Part shown: positions 60,934 to 64,000 of the stretch, piece after piece
Numbering within the stretch: position 1 is the first letter of the stretch
Layout of the letters: each line of letters starts with the position of its first letter
NCBI RefSeq assembly: GCF_003057965.1
Contig: NZ_CP020921.1
Span: forward strand, 1,352,916 to 1,416,915
Direction: 5' to 3'
Length of the DNA: 64,000 nt
Source of the DNA: Thermodesulfobium acidiphilum
GTDB taxonomy: Bacteria; Thermodesulfobiota; Thermodesulfobiia; Thermodesulfobiales; Thermodesulfobiaceae
Program-made: the position numbers and the translations under genes
Notes under the pieces: generated by a model
The model's database searches: none
What the model saw: the letters and a program-made list of their open reading frames with translations, nothing else
What the model was told of the DNA's origin: nothing

Positions 60934-62244
60934 TTATTTGTTAATTTTTCTTTTATCTATCACCCTTTTTGCCTTACCCTCTGATCTTTCTATGGTTTTC
61001 GGCTCAACAAGCTTTACCTTTACCGATATCCCGCATATGTTATAAATGGAGTCCGCTACCTTCTTTTGAAGCCTTTCAAGAGATCTTACTTCTGAAGTAA
61101 ACAATTCTGGCAAAACCTCAACCCAGACTTCAATAGTGTCTAATTCTTTCTCTCTGTCTACTATTATCAAGTAATGAGGAGAAGTTCCCTCCACCTGAGC
61201 CAGTGCAGATTCGATCTGAGAGGGAAATACGTTTACCCCTCTGATAATAAGCATGTCATCGGATCTCCCAAGTATTCTTGAAATTCTTGCATGAGTCCTG
61301 CCGCATACACAGGGCTCAACATTAAGTTTCGTCAGGTCTCTAGTCCTATATCTAATAAGAGGTATTCCCTCTTTTAGAAGCGTAGTTATTACCAGCTCTC
61401 CAACCTCACCTGGAGGCAAGGGTTCTAATGTATTCGGATCTACAATCTCTGCAATAAACGCATCTTCTGCAACGTGAAGCCCATCCTTTTCAAGACACTC
61501 ACAGGCCACTCCCGGCCCCATTATTTCAGAAAGGCCATATATATCCACTGCAGTAAAGTCAATTCTTTCTTCAATTCTCTTTCTCATTTCTTCAGACCAC
61601 GGTTCGGCTCCAAGTACCCCAACCCTTAGTTTCGAATCCTTAAGGCTAACCCCCATATCCTCAGCCACATCAGCAAGGTGTAGTAAATAAGATGGGGTAC
61701 AAGCTATAACTGTTGCCTCGAAGTCCATTATAAGTTGAATTTGTCTTTTCGTCTGGCCTCCAGAGGATGGCACTACCGTACCGCCAAGTCTTTCAACGCC
61801 ATAATGAAGTCCTAAACCACCTGTAAAAAGTCCATATCCATACGCAATGTGTACAGTGTCATATTTGCTCACTCCAGCCCCCACAAGTGCTCTTGCCACT
61901 AGATCAGCCCAAACGTTCAAATCGTTTTGAGTATACCCAACCACAGTAGGCTTTCCCGTAGTGCCACTTGATGCATGAAGCCTGACTATTTCTCCTCTAT
62001 TTACTGCAAACATGCCAAACGGGTAATTATCTCTAAGATCGCTCTTTAACGTGAAGGGGAGCCTTCTGATATCCTCAATATCTCTAATATCAGAAGGGCT
62101 TATCCCTAATTCGTTAAATCTCTTTCTGTAAAATGGGACAAATTCGTAGACATAGCGCACTAATCTTCTAAGTCTTGATTCCTGTAAACTAATTATCTCT
62201 TTTCTGGGCAAAAGCTCCACTTCGGGTTTAAAATATTTCATCAT
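60934..62244 (-). CDS. paaK: phenylacetate--CoA ligase family protein (copy 1)
   Basis: Same signature motifs as 56773-58092. Confidence 0.92.
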   Translation of the reverse strand: MMKYFKPEVELLPRKEIISLQESRLRRLVRYVYEFVPFYRKRFNELGISPSDIRDIEDIRRLPFTLKSDLRDNYPFGMFAVNRGEIVRLHASSGTTGKPTVVGYTQNDLNVWADLVARALVGAGVSKYDTVHIAYGYGLFTGGLGLHYGVERLGGTVVPSSGGQTKRQIQLIMDFEATVIACTPSYLLHLADVAEDMGVSLKDSKLRVGVLGAEPWSEEMRKRIEERIDFTAVDIYGLSEIMGPGVACECLEKDGLHVAEDAFIAEIVDPNTLEPLPPGEVGELVITTLLKEGIPLIRYRTRDLTKLNVEPCVCGRTHARISRILGRSDDMLIIRGVNVFPSQIESALAQVEGTSPHYLIIVDREKELDTIEVWVEVLPELFTSEVRSLERLQKKVADSIYNICGISVKVKLVEPKTIERSEGKAKRVIDKRKINK

Positions 62245-62249
62245 CTCCT

Positions 62250-62345
62250 ACTCTTCGGCTGAGTCCATAGATCTCAGGTTGGGATATTTTTAGTCCGCCA
62301 TTACAAACCCTACTCCCAACAGGCGGAACTTAGGGCAAACTGCTT
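62250..62345 (-). ncRNA. candidate structured cis-regulatory leader (pseudoknot) of the paaK-ior operon
   Basis: GC-rich intergenic segment with crossing complementarities UCCGCC/GGCGGA, GUUGGGA/UCCCAAC, GCCCUA/UAGGGU and hairpin CUGAG/CUCAG. Confidence 0.45.
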
Positions 62346-62383
62346 TAGATGTATTTTACTATATAGCAAATAAATTTAAATAG

Positions 62384-62749
62384 TCATAACCTATCAACTA
62401 AACTTATAGCATCGTTTTTACAACCCTTTACACAAACTCCACAGCCTACACATTTAGTCTCATCCACAAACGCTTTGCCCTCTACCATTGATATTGCCCC
62501 TTTTTTACAAAATCTTAGGCATATCTCGCATCCCTTGCACAAAATAGGATACACTCTTGCAACCTTTAATTTTCTTGGACTCTTTTGAACAGTATTGTTA
62601 GTATTTTCAACTTCGTTTAACTGAACACCTTCAATCTGAGGATTAACTACTCCAATTCCAAAAAAATTATTTAAATTATTTCTTGAAAAACACCCCAATT
62701 TCCCCTTATGATGCCTTCTACCTCTATATCCGCACATTCGGCCTCTCAT
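62384..62749 (-). CDS. 4Fe-4S dicluster protein with Gly/Arg-rich N-terminus
   Basis: CKGCEICLRFC and CVGCGVCVKGC. Confidence 0.88.
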   Translation of the reverse strand: MRGRMCGYRGRRHHKGKLGCFSRNNLNNFFGIGVVNPQIEGVQLNEVENTNNTVQKSPRKLKVARVYPILCKGCEICLRFCKKGAISMVEGKAFVDETKCVGCGVCVKGCKNDAISLVDRL

Positions 62750-62838
62750 TTATTATCACCTCTAAAGTTTAATTTTAACAAAATTAATATAAAATATCCT
62801 TTATCGACTTTTTAATCTAAATTTACTCTGGAGGAAAG

Positions 62839-63720
62839 ATGAGAATTCACACTCTTGATCTAAATTTTTTAAATTCAAAGCAAGTGCTTAGTAGCTATCT
62901 TGTAGAATCAGATCCGCCATTTCTGGTAGAAACGGGTCCTGATTCTACCTTTGAAAATCTGAAAGCTGAATTGAGAAAGTTTGGTTATGAAATAAAGGAT
63001 ATCAAATATGTATTTATCACCCATATACATCTGGATCACTCTGGAGCCGCATTCAGATTCGCAAATGAAGGTGCAAAGATATACGTTCACCCAAATGGCA
63101 AGAGACATCTCGTGAACCCTGAAAAACTTATAAGATCAGCCACAATGGTTTATAAAGAGAGAACTTATGAACTCTGGGGAGATACCCTCCCTATTGACGA
63201 AGAAAAGGTAATTGAGACCTCAGATGGGCAAATTATAACTATAGGCGATATCCAGGTTAGAGTATTAGACTCTCCAGGACATGCAAAACATCACAACGTT
63301 TATTTAATTGACGATCACCTGTTTACGGGTGATACCGGAGGAGTAAGAATAGGCAATGGCCCTATTATGCCAGCAGTCCCACCTCCTGACATAGACATCC
63401 CCATCTGGTTAAAAACTATAGAGAAAATGAAAAGTTATAATGCTACTTATATATGTCCATCCCACTTCGGCTGCTTCAGCGATGTTGAATATCATCTCGA
63501 AACTTTAAGAAAAAACCTTATAAAATACGATGAATTCATAAAAAAGCAAATCAAATTTTCAGATGACTATAATACACTTTTTCCTATATTTAAAGAATAT
63601 GTAGACTCATTTTTCACAGATAAAAAGGTTAGAGATTTCTATCAGTTTGCAAATCCTGATGAAATGAACCTTGCAGGGCTGATCAGATATGCGAAGGTAA
63701 ATAAGTTTGACGTAGAATGA
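62839..63720 (+). CDS. metallo-beta-lactamase fold hydrolase
   Basis: THIHLDHSG, PGHAKHH, FTGD, SHFG. Confidence 0.92.
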   Translation: MRIHTLDLNFLNSKQVLSSYLVESDPPFLVETGPDSTFENLKAELRKFGYEIKDIKYVFITHIHLDHSGAAFRFANEGAKIYVHPNGKRHLVNPEKLIRSATMVYKERTYELWGDTLPIDEEKVIETSDGQIITIGDIQVRVLDSPGHAKHHNVYLIDDHLFTGDTGGVRIGNGPIMPAVPPPDIDIPIWLKTIEKMKSYNATYICPSHFGCFSDVEYHLETLRKNLIKYDEFIKKQIKFSDDYNTLFPIFKEYVDSFFTDKKVRDFYQFANPDEMNLAGLIRYAKVNKFDVE

Positions 63721-63779
63721 TAAAATCCTGAACTAAGTAGAGTCTAATATAACTTTCATTTCTTCTTCTTCTAGATCAT

Positions 63780-63998
63780 TTACATTTTATCCCAATTCGT
63801 TTTTCCATGATAGAAAACTACTGGAATAATTGGCTCTAATGACCTTTTATTTTTTATATTCTCTTCCCATATTGCAAGCATATATGAGAGTATCTGGATA
63901 TTACTAAAGTTCCATGTCTCTGATTTGTGCTCCAGGAGATAATACACCTGGACTGAACTATTCTTTGTCTGAAATCTAAAAGCAATGTCTAAATTAAA
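63780..63998 (-). pseudogene. Rpn/YhgA-family PD-(D/E)XK nuclease, 3' part, apparently truncated (5' end outside the window)
   Basis: Not in the ORF track; translates FNLDIAF...YYLLEHKS...QILSYM..IW...PIIPVVFYHG..NWDKM*. Confidence 0.78.
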
Positions 63999-64000
63999 CC

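Noticed and set aside
56773-62244. The two paaK genes as a recent duplication or assembly artefact
   Set aside because: Protein and nucleotide sequences are clearly diverged outside the conserved motifs
62250-62345. c-di-GMP-I riboswitch, pistol ribozyme, TRAP site or tRNA
   Set aside because: Only fragments match (GGGCAAAC on the wrong strand; GCCCUAA/UAGGG in the wrong order; NAG triplets unspaced); no cloverleaf

Overview
AT-rich bacterial chromosomal window from an anaerobic, diderm (LPS/outer-membrane-bearing) organism with Firmicutes-like housekeeping genes. The mix of kdsB, a GT9 heptosyltransferase, a TonB system, an SLH-protein remnant, Ahb heme synthesis and HypF is compatible with a Thermodesulfobium-like lineage, which is an inference only. 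Contents in order: LPS genes, ctpA, an AhpE/MFS/ROK operon, two tandem self-contained type IV minor-pilin (PilV-PilW-PilX-like) cassettes each ending in a different giant tip protein, a TonB-dependent receptor and an exbB-exbD-tonB-trmO-like operon, ahbB-hemL-cysK, a Tat lipoprotein SBP, a GlcD/GlcF/GlcE-like plus ADP-forming acyl-CoA synthetase cluster, the yceD-rpmF-plsX-fab-menG operon, a diguanylate cyclase, hypF, transporters, a decayed 2-kb patch (IS remnant, broken SLH gene, broken Ca-binding-repeat gene), mntH, tsaD, a paaK-iorAB-ACT-paaK operon and a truncated Rpn nuclease at the right edge. The most notable unannotated signals are: (1) a conserved terminator/alternative-hairpin leader (TAAAGCCATGAAGG...ATGGCTTATTTTTTTA, AUGAA loop) shared by the TonB receptor and the exbB operon; (2) the duplicated pilus-tip cassettes; (3) a GC-rich, potentially double-pseudoknotted leader before paaK-iorAB; (4) an identical 18-bp palindrome core at two distant loci. 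No rRNA, tRNA or CRISPR array was recognised. All calls come from reading motifs by eye; no searches were run.
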